This document shows positions 29,325-40,631 of a stretch of 64,000 bases of DNA, piece after piece. The translations under genes and the position numbers were made by a program. Source of the DNA: Deltaproteobacteria bacterium (GTDB taxonomy: Bacteria > CALINM01). The notes below the pieces were generated by a model. The model was not told the DNA's origin. It saw nothing but the letters and a program-made list of their open reading frames with translations, and ran no database searches. How positions within the stretch are numbered: position 1 is the stretch's first letter; the number at the start of each line of letters is the position of its first letter. The DNA lies in NCBI GenBank assembly GCA_037442505.1, contig JBBIPZ010000009.1:8618-72617 (forward strand), given 5' to 3'.

Positions 29325-30182
29325 ATGAAGTTAATGCCTCAATGTATTCCGTGTTTTTATAAACAGGCTTCCATCGTTGCTAATATGCTTAATGTTGATG
29401 ATTCCACAAAGATAAAGCTTTTTAAAGGTATCTCAAAGGTGTTATCAGATGTTATAGATGAAAACTCCTCACCTGCGAAGATTGCTACTCCAATACACAA
29501 CTTTGTAAGAGAGTTTTTAGGTGTTGCTGATCCTTTTGAAGATGTTAAAAAACTCTCTAACGATAAAATGCTCTCGATGTATGATAGTTTTAAAAAGATT
29601 ATTATCAGCTCTCCTGAGCCTTTAAAAATGGCGGCCACATTTGCGATTATCGGAAATTTGATAGATTATAGTCTTTTTGAGAATGTTAATTTAGAAACTA
29701 TACAGGAAAAGATAAAAGGATTTAAGCCGGCAATATTTGACTTTGACCAGTTTAGTGAAGCGATATCAAAGTCAGAACGGGTGTTGTATATAACTGATAA
29801 TGCTGGAGAAGTTGTTTTTGATAAGCTGCTTATTGAAGAACTTTTCAAGATGAAAAAGAAGATAATCGTTGTGGCAAAAGAAAAACCCATACTTAACGAT
29901 GCCACCGTTGCTGATGTAAATTATGTTAGTATTTCAAAGTTTGGTAAAGTTTTCGGAACTGGTAACAGTGAAGTTGGCACAATCTATCCTTCAAAAAATG
30001 AAGTTTTAAATAAGGCATTTAAAACGGCTCAGGTTATAATATCGAAAGGGCAGGCAAACTTTGAGACGTTGGTTGATACTGACGGACCAATATATTTCCT
30101 TTTTGTTGTGAAATGTAAGGCAGTAGCTGACTATTTGAATGTGTCAGAAGGTGCACCAATTTTGTTGAAAAATAAAAAATAA
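29325..30182 (+). CDS. DUF89/ARMT1-like damage-control phosphatase
   Basis: CIPC N-terminus, GNLID, DNAGEVVFD, NDAT, KGQANFETL, KC. Confidence 0.9.
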   Translation: MKLMPQCIPCFYKQASIVANMLNVDDSTKIKLFKGISKVLSDVIDENSSPAKIATPIHNFVREFLGVADPFEDVKKLSNDKMLSMYDSFKKIIISSPEPLKMAATFAIIGNLIDYSLFENVNLETIQEKIKGFKPAIFDFDQFSEAISKSERVLYITDNAGEVVFDKLLIEELFKMKKKIIVVAKEKPILNDATVADVNYVSISKFGKVFGTGNSEVGTIYPSKNEVLNKAFKTAQVIISKGQANFETLVDTDGPIYFLFVVKCKAVADYLNVSEGAPILLKNKK

Positions 30183-30217
30183 TTTTGCCGTTAAAATTAC
30201 TTTTTTAAGAGGAAAGT

Positions 30218-31420
30218 ATGAAATATGTTGTTGTGATTGCTGATGGGATGGCAGATTATCCAGTGGAAGAACTCAATGGAAAAACACCTTTGGATGTGGT
30301 ACCTAAACCTACTATTGACAATTTAGCTTCCAACGCCCTTTGTGGAATTGTAAAAACAGTGCCGCAAAATATGCCTCCTGGTAGTGATGTCGCCAATTTA
30401 AGTATTTTTGGCTATGACCCAACAAGGGTTTTTTCAGGTAGAGCTCCTCTGGAAGCTGCAAGTATGGGCGTAGAAATGGAGCTTGGTGATGTTGCATTTC
30501 GGTGCAATCTTGTCACATTAAGAAAAAATGGTGGCAAAACAGTAATGGATGATTACAGTGCGGGACACATCACTACTGCCGAGGCTGAGCCATATATAAA
30601 ACTTCTTAATGAAAAGATTGGCGAAAAGGATATTGTATTTTACAGAGGTGTTAGTTACAGGCACCTTATGTTGTGGAAAAACGGAAAATTTGATATGAAA
30701 CTGACTCCACCACACGATATTCCAGATAAAGATGTATCTCAATTCATGCCGAAAGGAGACGGTGCTGATTTCATTACTCACTTGATGTTGGAATCGCAAA
30801 AAATATTTAAAGATTGTGAAATCAATAAGGCAAGGAAATCTTCAGGTAAAAGGGAAGTAAGCTCTATATGGTTATGGGGACATGGCAAAAAGCCCAGTAT
30901 GCCAACCTTCATAGAAAAATTTAGCTTAAATGGTGCTGTTATATCCGCAGTTGATTTAATTTTTGGCATTGGTGCGCTGGCAGGTTTGAAAATGATAAAG
31001 GTACAAGGGGCTACGGGATATATCGATACGAACTTTGAAGGAAAGGCTAATGCTGCCATCGAGGCACTTAGAAGCAACGATATATGCTTTGTACATATTG
31101 AGGCTTGTGACGAGGCATCTCATGAAGGTAGTTTAGAGAAGAAGAAGGCAGGAATTCAGGCTATTGATAACAGATTTTTGAAAACTTTGCTAAAAGGGTT
31201 GGAACAGTATGACGAATATCGATTATTGTTTTGTATCGATCATCCTACTCCAGTCAAATTGAAAACTCACGTTTCTGATCCTGTGCCATTTTTTATTTAT
31301 GACAACAAGAGAAAATACAAAGGAGTGGAGAATTTTTCCGAAAAATCATGTAAAAACGCTAACTTTTTTATAGAGGAAGGTTACAAGCTTATAAATATTT
31401 TGTTCAATGGAGATATCTAA
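30218..31420 (+). CDS. apgM: Cofactor-independent phosphoglycerate mutase (ApgM type)
   Basis: ADGMADYP, PGSDVAN, GRAPLEA, DEASHEG, DHPTP, H.SDPVP. Confidence 0.92.
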   Translation: MKYVVVIADGMADYPVEELNGKTPLDVVPKPTIDNLASNALCGIVKTVPQNMPPGSDVANLSIFGYDPTRVFSGRAPLEAASMGVEMELGDVAFRCNLVTLRKNGGKTVMDDYSAGHITTAEAEPYIKLLNEKIGEKDIVFYRGVSYRHLMLWKNGKFDMKLTPPHDIPDKDVSQFMPKGDGADFITHLMLESQKIFKDCEINKARKSSGKREVSSIWLWGHGKKPSMPTFIEKFSLNGAVISAVDLIFGIGALAGLKMIKVQGATGYIDTNFEGKANAAIEALRSNDICFVHIEACDEASHEGSLEKKKAGIQAIDNRFLKTLLKGLEQYDEYRLLFCIDHPTPVKLKTHVSDPVPFFIYDNKRKYKGVENFSEKSCKNANFFIEEGYKLINILFNGDI

Positions 31421-31421
31421 A

Positions 31422-32816
31422 ATGGAAAAACTTAAAATTTTTATTCTTGCTGGTGGTAAAGGAACAAGACTCTGGCCGTTAAGTAGAGAAAACTTTCCAA
31501 AACAGTTTATAAATTTTTTCGGAGATACATCTCTTTATGAGCAGACGCTTTTTAGAGCTATGAAGTTGGCAGCACCAGAAAATATATTTGTTATTTCTTC
31601 TAAAGATTACCAGGATGTTATAAAGGGATATACTGTCTCTGTCAGTGAAAAAATAGCAAAAAATTTAATAATAGAACCTGAAGGAAAAAATACCCTTCCA
31701 GCAACGTTATTGGGTTGTTTCAAACTGAAAGCAGATGATGTTTTTCTTGTAATGCCTTCTGACCATTTTATATCAGATGATGACAAGTTTATAAATGCTG
31801 TTGAGGCTGCTGTTAAACTTGCAAAAAGGGGTGGTTTCGTAACGTTTGGTATAAAACCAACTAAACCTGAGACTGGTTTTGGCTATATTGAAGTTGCTGA
31901 AAAGTCTAAGGTTTTTTTTAAAGTAAAAAATTTTGTTGAAAAACCAGATTTAGAAAGAGCTAAACAATATGTAGAAAAAGGAAACTACTACTGGAATTCA
32001 GGCATCTTCGTCTTTAACTGCAAGGGGTTTTTAACAGCTACGAAAAAATATGAACCCACGATTTATAAGCTTTTTGGTAAAGGTGAGCAACATTATCTTT
32101 CTAATTACGCAAATATTAAATCTCAATCGCTTGATTACGGTATTATGGAGAACATTGATAAAAAATCAGTTTTTATGGTACCAGCAACATTTCAGTGGAG
32201 TGATCTGGGCAGTTTTGAAGCAATATATCAGGCTGCAAAAAAAGATGCTTTGGGAACAGCCAAAATGGGGGGTGCTGATGTTGTTGCTTTAGATAGTAAA
32301 AACAACCTTGTTTACAACGATGATAAACTTCTTGTAACAATTGGAGTTGAAGATATTGTTTATATTGATACAGAGGATGCTATCTTGATTATGAAAAAAG
32401 GCATGGGAGAAAAATTGAAAGAGGTAAACAAGTTGCTTAAGGAAAAAAACAGGGCTGAAGTTAATTATAATAAAACAGGTTATCGTCCATGGGGATCTTA
32501 CACTGTAATTTTGAAGGGAGATAGGTATAAAATTAAAAAGATAGTAGTTAATCCTTTAGCGGCACTGAGTCTTCAAATGCACCATCATAGAAGCGAACAC
32601 TGGATTGTTATTAAAGGCACTGCAAAGGTAACAGTTGGCGACAAAACAGTTTTTGTCCACGAAAATGAAAGTATTTACATACCAAAGTCCACATTACACA
32701 GACTTGAAAATCCAGGAAAACTTGACCTTGAAATCATTGAGGTTCAGAATGGGGAATATTTAGAAGAAGACGATATTGTGCGTTTTGAGGATGCTTATGG
32801 AAGAACTAAAAATTAA
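31422..32816 (+). CDS. manC: Mannose-1-phosphate guanylyltransferase/mannose-6-phosphate isomerase
   Basis: LAGGKGTRLWPLSR..PKQF, PSDH, WNSG, WSDLGS; cupin RPWG...HHHRSEHW. Confidence 0.95.
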   Translation: MEKLKIFILAGGKGTRLWPLSRENFPKQFINFFGDTSLYEQTLFRAMKLAAPENIFVISSKDYQDVIKGYTVSVSEKIAKNLIIEPEGKNTLPATLLGCFKLKADDVFLVMPSDHFISDDDKFINAVEAAVKLAKRGGFVTFGIKPTKPETGFGYIEVAEKSKVFFKVKNFVEKPDLERAKQYVEKGNYYWNSGIFVFNCKGFLTATKKYEPTIYKLFGKGEQHYLSNYANIKSQSLDYGIMENIDKKSVFMVPATFQWSDLGSFEAIYQAAKKDALGTAKMGGADVVALDSKNNLVYNDDKLLVTIGVEDIVYIDTEDAILIMKKGMGEKLKEVNKLLKEKNRAEVNYNKTGYRPWGSYTVILKGDRYKIKKIVVNPLAALSLQMHHHRSEHWIVIKGTAKVTVGDKTVFVHENESIYIPKSTLHRLENPGKLDLEIIEVQNGEYLEEDDIVRFEDAYGRTKN

Positions 32817-32909
32817 GTTTGATAATAAGCATTAGTCCGAAAAGTATTGAAAAAAAAATATTAATAAAATATCATATTTCAGCTAACCTTAAACTAAAGG
32901 AGTCGAAGA

Positions 32910-34088
32910 ATGAAAACAAAAAAAAGGTTTCTATTCACATCAGAATCCGTCACAGAGGGGCATCCAGATAAAGTTGCTGATCAGATTTCTGACGCTATAC
33001 TTGATGCGATGTTGGCTCAAGACCCATCTTCACGAGTTGCCTGTGAGACGCTTGTTACAACTGGTTTAGCTTTCGTTGCAGGAGAGATAACTACCAATGC
33101 AAATGTGGCGATACCTGATTTAGTCAGGCAAACAATACGTGAGATAGGCTATACAGAGCCTGAATTAGGCTTTGATGCGGATAACTGTGCTGTTATTACT
33201 TCTATTGATAAACAATCCCCAGATATCTCTCAGGGCGTTACAGAAGGGGAGGGTTTGTATAAAGACCAGGGTGCAGGAGATCAGGGGCTAATGTTTGGAT
33301 ATGCCACAAACGAAACGGTTGAGTTAATGCCCATGCCCATCTATCTTGCACACAAGCTGGCTTTAAGACTGGCTGAAGTTAGAAAGAAAAAGATATTAGA
33401 TTTTGTTAAGCCTGACGGTAAATCACAGGTAACTATTGAGTATGTTGATAACGTTCCAGTCAGAGTTGAGGCTGTAGTGATTTCAACCCAGCATTCCCCA
33501 AAGGTTACCTATAAGCAAATAAAAGAGGCTATTATTGAAGAGGTTATTAAAAAAGTCATACCAGAAGACATGCTTGACAAAAAAACAAAGTTCTTTGTTA
33601 ACCCAACAGGCAGGTTTGTAGTTGGTGGGCCCAAGGGTGACACGGGTCTTACCGGTAGAAAAATTATAGTTGATACATATGGTGGAGTAGGTAGCCATGG
33701 TGGTGGTGCCTTTTCTGGTAAGGACCCTTCAAAAGTGGATAGAACCGCTTCCTACATGGCTCGCCATGTAGCAAAAAATATCGTTGCATCTGGTATTGCC
33801 AAAAGGTGTGAACTACAGGTTGCATATGCCATTGGTGTGGCTGAGCCTGTTTCGATCATGGTTGATACGTTTGGAACAGGTATTATACCTGATGTTGAAA
33901 TCGAAAAGGTCATAAGAAATGTTTTTGACTTTAGACCAAAGGCGATGATTGAGTATCTTAACCTTAATAGACCTATCTTCAGGAAAACTGCCGCATACGG
34001 ACATTTTGGCAGGAACCTACCTGAATTTACATGGGAAAAGGTTAACAAGGCAAAGGAAATTAAAAAATTAGCGGAAAAGAAAGGATAA
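32910..34088 (+). CDS. metK: S-adenosylmethionine synthetase
   Basis: [34 protein letters not shown]. Confidence 0.99.
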   Translation: MKTKKRFLFTSESVTEGHPDKVADQISDAILDAMLAQDPSSRVACETLVTTGLAFVAGEITTNANVAIPDLVRQTIREIGYTEPELGFDADNCAVITSIDKQSPDISQGVTEGEGLYKDQGAGDQGLMFGYATNETVELMPMPIYLAHKLALRLAEVRKKKILDFVKPDGKSQVTIEYVDNVPVRVEAVVISTQHSPKVTYKQIKEAIIEEVIKKVIPEDMLDKKTKFFVNPTGRFVVGGPKGDTGLTGRKIIVDTYGGVGSHGGGAFSGKDPSKVDRTASYMARHVAKNIVASGIAKRCELQVAYAIGVAEPVSIMVDTFGTGIIPDVEIEKVIRNVFDFRPKAMIEYLNLNRPIFRKTAAYGHFGRNLPEFTWEKVNKAKEIKKLAEKKG

Positions 34089-35366
<1,278 letters not shown>

Positions 35367-35427
35367 ATTCTGTGTAGTTATTTTTGCACATACGATTTGT
35401 AAACATTTTAACTAAACACGATAGCTT

Positions 35428-35466
35428 ATCGCAACTTTCGGACAAAAAGTTGCGATTTTATTTATT
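35428..35466 (+). terminator. Intrinsic terminator after ahcY
   Basis: ATCGCAACTTT-CGGACAA-AAAGTTGCGAT, an 11-bp stem with a T-rich tail. Confidence 0.75.
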
Positions 35467-35480
35467 AATGGGAGGATTTG

Positions 35481-36881
35481 ATGGTTAGAACACGTTTCGC
35501 ACCAAGCCCAACAGGTTACTTACATATTGGTGGTGCCAGAACTGCACTTTTTAACTGGTTGTATGCTCGAAATAAAGGTGGTAAATTCATTTTGAGAATA
35601 GAAGACACGGATTTAGAACGTTCGACAGAGGCTTCTGTTAACGCCATTCTTGATGGTATGAAATGGTTAGGGCTGGATTGGGATGAGGGACCTTTCTTCC
35701 AAACACAAAGAATGCAAAGATATCAATATTTTGCTAACAAGTTGTTAGAGGAGGGAAAGGCTTACTACTGTTACTGCACACCGGAAGAACTTCATGAAAG
35801 AAGAGAAAAAGCTTTAAAGGAGGGTAAAAAACCTACTTACGATAGACGGTGTCGGAACTTAAAAGAACCAGTTGCTGGCAGAAAGCCTGTTATCAGATTT
35901 AAAGCACCGCATGATGGTGAAACTGTAGTGAAAGATATTATAAAAGGTATGGTTGTGTTTAAAAACGAAGAGTTAGATGATCTGGTTATAGTTCGTTCTG
36001 ATGGTGTTCCCACATATAACTTTGCTGTTGTGATTGACGATGTGGATATGAATATCACTCATATCATTAGGGGCGATGATCACTTAAATAACACCCCAAG
36101 ACAGATACAGATTTATAAAGCTTTAAATTTTGAGCTACCTGTTTTTGCACATGTTCCAATGATACTTGGCAGCGATAAAACAAGACTTTCTAAGCGGCAT
36201 GGTGCTACTTCTGTTATGGCTTATAAGGAAATGGGGTATTTAAACAAGGCACTTGTTAACTATCTGGTAAGGCTCGGCTGGTCTTGTGGGGATGAAGAGA
36301 TATTTAGCATAAACGAAATGATACAGAAGTTTAACATAGAGAATATCGGCAAATCAGCCGCAGTATTTAATCCAGAAAAGCTTCTCTGGTTAAATGCCCA
36401 TTATATTAAACAAACTCCAACAGAAGAACTTGCAATGCTTGCAAAAGATTTTTTTGAAAAAAAGGGTTATAGCATTACGGAAAAAAGTAAGTTTGAAAGA
36501 ATTGTTGAGTCACTAAAACCTCGTTGTAGAACTCTATTAGAATTTACTGAAATGGGCAGCGTATATTTTGAGAACGAATTTGATTATGATGTTGCAAGTG
36601 TAAATAAATTTTTTGCAGATAAAGATGATTCGATACTCAGTTTAATCAAAACTGCACTGGAGAATACAGCTTTGCTTGATGAAAAAAAATTTGAAGATAT
36701 GGTAAAAGGTATAGCTGCACAAAAAAATGTTAAAGTAGTGACGGTAGCACAGCAGCTAAGAATTGCATTGTCTGGTAAGACTGTCAGTCCCGGACTTTTT
36801 GATATCATTGACGTAATAGGTAAAGAAAAAACCTTATACAGGTTGCAAAGGGCAATAGATTTTATAACTAAAAAAGCTTGA
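35481..36881 (+). CDS. gltX: Glutamate--tRNA ligase
   Basis: RFAPSPTGYLHIGG, IRGDDHLNNT, RLSKR. Confidence 0.98.
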   Translation: MVRTRFAPSPTGYLHIGGARTALFNWLYARNKGGKFILRIEDTDLERSTEASVNAILDGMKWLGLDWDEGPFFQTQRMQRYQYFANKLLEEGKAYYCYCTPEELHERREKALKEGKKPTYDRRCRNLKEPVAGRKPVIRFKAPHDGETVVKDIIKGMVVFKNEELDDLVIVRSDGVPTYNFAVVIDDVDMNITHIIRGDDHLNNTPRQIQIYKALNFELPVFAHVPMILGSDKTRLSKRHGATSVMAYKEMGYLNKALVNYLVRLGWSCGDEEIFSINEMIQKFNIENIGKSAAVFNPEKLLWLNAHYIKQTPTEELAMLAKDFFEKKGYSITEKSKFERIVESLKPRCRTLLEFTEMGSVYFENEFDYDVASVNKFFADKDDSILSLIKTALENTALLDEKKFEDMVKGIAAQKNVKVVTVAQQLRIALSGKTVSPGLFDIIDVIGKEKTLYRLQRAIDFITKKA

Positions 36882-36934
36882 TAAAAAAAATGTTAAAAAG
36901 TAAAATATTAAACTCTAAGTTAAATGGTGTTTTT

Positions 36935-37024
36935 GGAGAGGTGTCCGAGCGGCTGAAGGAGCACGATTGGAAATCGTGTGTACCCCTTAAAAGGGTACCG
37001 AGGGTTCAAATCCCTCCCTCTCCG
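36935..37024 (+). tRNA. tRNA-Ser (GGA), CCA not encoded
   Basis: GGAGAGG/CCTCTCC acceptor stem, CACGA-TTGGAAA-TCGTG anticodon arm, long variable arm, GGTTCAAATCC. Confidence 0.96.
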
Positions 37025-37048
37025 TTAGTATTTTGGAGGCTTAAAAAA

Positions 37049-37153
37049 GCGGCAGCCGGGACCTGCGCAACAAATGGTTGCAAACCCCGCCAGGTCCGGA
37101 AGGAAGCAACGGTAGTGGCCCTCTTTGTGTGCCGCAGTTATCCTGGCTGTCGC
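37049..37153 (+). ncRNA. ffs: Signal recognition particle 4.5S RNA
   Basis: Helix 8 motif CAGGTCCGGAAGGAAGCAAC; long closing stem; typical position upstream of dnaX; ends approximate. Confidence 0.95.
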
Positions 37154-37183
37154 TTTTTTAAGCCTTTTACAGGTCAAAATTAA

Positions 37184-38827
37184 ATGAAGTATCAAGTTTT
37201 ATCAAGAAGATACAGACCCAGGACGTTTGATGAAATCATTGGCCAGCAATCAATCGTAAAGCTACTAAAAAACTCACTTTCATCAAAAAAGATTCCGCAT
37301 GCGTTTTTATTCACAGGGATAAGAGGTACAGGTAAAACTACTACTGCAAGGATACTTGCAAGGGCACTAAACTGTGAAAAAGGTATAGTAACCGATCCTT
37401 GTAACGAATGTTCCACATGTGTTCAGCTACTTGAAGGCAGAAACATGGATGTTTTTGAGATAGACGGTGCCTCTAACACTTCAGTAAATGATGTAAGAAT
37501 GTTAAAAGAGAATACACGATTTTTACCATCTCAGTCACGATACAAAATTTATATTATTGACGAAGTTCACATGCTTTCTACGGAGGCTTTTAATGCGTTG
37601 TTAAAGACGTTAGAAGAACCTCCAGATTATGTAGTTTTTGTACTGGCTACGACAGAACCGCAAAAAATACCCGAAACCGTTCTTTCTCGTTGCATAAGAC
37701 TTAATTTTAGAAGGGTGGAGCCAAACGAGATTGTTAATTATCTAAAAAAGGTGTTAAAAGATGAAGGCATAAGTTATGAAGAAAATGCCCTTTTTATTGT
37801 AGCCAGACGTTCCGAAGGAAGTGTTCGTGATGCGTTAAGTTTTTTAGAGTTAGTTTTAGCTTATGGCGATGGTGTCCTCAGGGAGGAAGATGTAAATAAT
37901 GCCTTAGGACTTCTTTCAAGGAATAAAATTTTTGAAATGCTCAGGCTTTTTAGTATTAAAGATGCTCAAAACATTTTAAAGTTTTTAAATAATTTAAGAA
38001 ACGAAGGAACAGACCTCTTTAATTTTTTGGATAATATAATTTTTTACATAAGGCATCTTGTATCGTATTCATTTGACATTCCTTTTGATGTGAGAGAGTT
38101 TTCGGTGGATGAAATTAATGAGCTTAAAGAGATTTATGAGAACCTTTCAAAAGAGGAACTTATTGTTTATTATCACGGTTTAAGGCAGATATTAGAGCAA
38201 ATGCGTTTTTCTCCTTATCCTCATTACGATCTTGAAGTGGGAATAATGAAACTTATTGTTTTAAAAGATTTTCTCGAAACTTCACCAACTTTTCCATCAA
38301 AGATAGAAGGAAAACCTGTATCTGTAAACACTTCCAATACGCCTTTAACTATTCAAAAAAAACAAGTTGAACAGGAAAACATTAAAGATACCAATCCCGA
38401 GGGACCAAAAGATCTCAAAAAATTCATCGTGCATCTTAGAGTTGTAAAGCCATTTGTGGCATCTCATTTGGAGAGTGCAACATGCGTCTTTAAAGATGAT
38501 GTTTTTGAGGTAAGTTATCGACAGTCACAGCTGGTTTTATATGAACATCTAATTAGCGAAGAAGAGTATAAGTCGTTACAAAATATTTTAAACAATTTTT
38601 TTGGAAGAGACATAAAGTTAAAAGTAAATTTGGTGTCTGATAAAGAAGATGATAGCACTAAAAAGTTATCTGGCAAAGAGACTGTGTTAAACAATCAAGC
38701 TATCAATCTTTTGCTTAGCGAGTTTGAAGGTTCTAAGATTGTAGCAATAAAAGAAAGAGAAACGGTAAATAACGATTTTAAAGTTAACGAAGAAATAGAA
38801 GACAATGGAGGAGATTTAGATGAGTAA
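37184..38827 (+). CDS. dnaX: DNA polymerase III subunit gamma/tau
   Basis: RRYRP, GIRGTGKTT, zinc Cys cluster, IIDEVHML, SRC, GSVRDALS. Confidence 0.97.
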   Translation: MKYQVLSRRYRPRTFDEIIGQQSIVKLLKNSLSSKKIPHAFLFTGIRGTGKTTTARILARALNCEKGIVTDPCNECSTCVQLLEGRNMDVFEIDGASNTSVNDVRMLKENTRFLPSQSRYKIYIIDEVHMLSTEAFNALLKTLEEPPDYVVFVLATTEPQKIPETVLSRCIRLNFRRVEPNEIVNYLKKVLKDEGISYEENALFIVARRSEGSVRDALSFLELVLAYGDGVLREEDVNNALGLLSRNKIFEMLRLFSIKDAQNILKFLNNLRNEGTDLFNFLDNIIFYIRHLVSYSFDIPFDVREFSVDEINELKEIYENLSKEELIVYYHGLRQILEQMRFSPYPHYDLEVGIMKLIVLKDFLETSPTFPSKIEGKPVSVNTSNTPLTIQKKQVEQENIKDTNPEGPKDLKKFIVHLRVVKPFVASHLESATCVFKDDVFEVSYRQSQLVLYEHLISEEEYKSLQNILNNFFGRDIKLKVNLVSDKEDDSTKKLSGKETVLNNQAINLLLSEFEGSKIVAIKERETVNNDFKVNEEIEDNGGDLDE

Positions 38828-39140
38828 AAATTTAGGCAATTTGCTAAAACAGGCACAGATGCTGCAGAACAAGATGGTTAAGTTTCAGGAAGAGCTTGAT
38901 GCCAAAGAATTTGAAGGTTTTGCTGGTGGTGGCATGGTAAAAGCAGTCGTTAACGGAAAGCTTATGTTACTGTCGCTCAAAATCGAAAAAGAGGCGGTTT
39001 CACAGGAAGACACAGAAATGTTAGAGGATATGATTTTAGCTGCAATTAAATCGGCGCAGGAAAAAGCAGCAGAGACTATCAAAACAGAGATGTCAAAATT
39101 GACAGGTGGTATGGGACTAAATATACCCGGTTTATTTTAA
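38820..39140 (+). CDS. ybaB: YbaB/EbfC nucleoid-associated protein
   Basis: LKQAQ, AGGGMV, EMLEDMILAA; between dnaX and recR. Confidence 0.95.
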   Translation: MSKNLGNLLKQAQMLQNKMVKFQEELDAKEFEGFAGGGMVKAVVNGKLMLLSLKIEKEAVSQEDTEMLEDMILAAIKSAQEKAAETIKTEMSKLTGGMGLNIPGLF

Positions 39141-39743
39141 ATGCACAACCTTCCACAATCCATCTCAAACATTGTTAAAGAGTTGATGAAATTTCCAGGT
39201 ATAGGCGAAAAGTCTGCACTGAGGATGGTGTTGTTTTTGTTACGTGGTGATAAAGAGATGTTTAAATCCTTGGGTGATGCTTTTTATATGGCTTACGAGA
39301 ATATTAAAATTTGCAAAAGATGTTTTAATATTGCGGAAGATGAACTGTGTGAGATATGCAAAGATGTTAAACGTGATGATAGTTTGCTTTGTGTTGTTGA
39401 AGATATCGGAGACCTGATAGCTATAGAAAAGAGTGGAAATTATAAAGGACGATATCATGTTTTAGGTGGGCTGGTTTCACCGATGGAAAATAGAAAATTT
39501 GAAGATTTGACAATAAACCAGTTGAAAAATACTGTTTTATCTTGTAAAATATCTGAAATAATCCTTGCGTTAAATCCCACAGTTGAAGGTGAGGCTACAG
39601 GGCTTTACATAAAAGAATTTCTCAGGGATACAGGTGTTAAAATAACAAGGATAGCTTACGGTATTCCTATGGGTAGTGACATAGAGTATTTAGATGAATT
39701 TACTATGGCAATCGCAATGAAAGGGAGGCAAGAAATTGATTAA
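39141..39743 (+). CDS. recR: Recombination mediator RecR
   Basis: PGIGEKSA, C4 zinc finger, YHVLGG, EGEAT, TRIAYGIPMG. Confidence 0.97.
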   Translation: MHNLPQSISNIVKELMKFPGIGEKSALRMVLFLLRGDKEMFKSLGDAFYMAYENIKICKRCFNIAEDELCEICKDVKRDDSLLCVVEDIGDLIAIEKSGNYKGRYHVLGGLVSPMENRKFEDLTINQLKNTVLSCKISEIILALNPTVEGEATGLYIKEFLRDTGVKITRIAYGIPMGSDIEYLDEFTMAIAMKGRQEID

Positions 39744-39764
39744 TAATAAAGTTAGGAGGAGTAG

Positions 39765-40337
39765 ATGCAAAATTTAGAAATCAGATGGCATGGTAGAGGT
39801 GGACAGGGTACTGTTACGGCTGCTAAGACCTTGGGGGAAGCTATGATTGAAACACCTTTATATTTTCAAGCCTTTCCTGAATATGGACCAGAAAGGATGG
39901 GCGCACCAATCAAGGCATATAATATTATCAGCGAGGAAAAAATTTATAAGCACTGTCCGGTAATCTATCCTAACGTAGTTGTTATTGTTGATTCAAGTTT
40001 AATTTATTCTGAAAGCTTTTTGGAAGGCACAGACGAAAACGCTAAGATAATTTTCAATACCGAAAAATCGCCATCACAGATAAGGCAAGAGCTTGGTATC
40101 GTTGGGAGAAGTTTATATAGTGTTGATGCTAATAACATTTCTTTAGAATGTTTAGGCAGAGTGATTCCTAATACCCCTATGCTTGGTGCTCTTTTAAAAG
40201 TGACTGGTGTATTAGAACTCGAAAAGTTTCTTGAGCGAGTAAAACACACTTTTCAACATAAAAAGTTTCCTGAGAAGGTTATATTAGGTAATATACAGTC
40301 AATAAAGAGAGCATACGAGGAGGTAAAAGGAGAATGA
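39765..40337 (+). CDS. porC: Pyruvate/2-oxoacid:ferredoxin oxidoreductase gamma subunit
   Basis: EIRWHGRGGQG, FPEYGPERMGAP, PNTPMLGA. Confidence 0.93.
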   Translation: MQNLEIRWHGRGGQGTVTAAKTLGEAMIETPLYFQAFPEYGPERMGAPIKAYNIISEEKIYKHCPVIYPNVVVIVDSSLIYSESFLEGTDENAKIIFNTEKSPSQIRQELGIVGRSLYSVDANNISLECLGRVIPNTPMLGALLKVTGVLELEKFLERVKHTFQHKKFPEKVILGNIQSIKRAYEEVKGE

Positions 40338-40621
40338 GTTTAAAAAGCTGGAGAGAAATAGCTCCTGGAGGCATCATTGATGCTCCTGGTAGTTCTGAAG
40401 AATATCATACAGGTACATGGAGAAGTTTTAGACCAGTCTGGAATGCTGAAAAGTGTATTCAATGTTATCGTTGTTTTAGCTTTTGCCCTGACAATTCAAT
40501 AATCATCAAGGACGGTAAAGTTGCGGGAATAAACTATGAATACTGTAAGGGATGTGGAATATGTGCGCATGAGTGTCCCAAAAAGGCGAACGCTATAACT
40601 ATGGAACCAGAGAGAAAGTAA
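40334..40621 (+). CDS. porD: Pyruvate/2-oxoacid:ferredoxin oxidoreductase delta subunit
   Basis: TGTWRSFRP; two CxxCxxCxxxCP motifs. Confidence 0.93.
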   Translation: MSLKSWREIAPGGIIDAPGSSEEYHTGTWRSFRPVWNAEKCIQCYRCFSFCPDNSIIIKDGKVAGINYEYCKGCGICAHECPKKANAITMEPERK

Positions 40622-40631
40622 GGAGGATATT

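Noticed and set aside
32817-32909. SAM riboswitch upstream of metK
   Set aside because: Short, AT-rich gap with no SAM-I/II core motifs.
36878-37183. 101-aa plus-strand ORF
   Set aside because: Runs across tRNA-Ser and SRP RNA; spurious.
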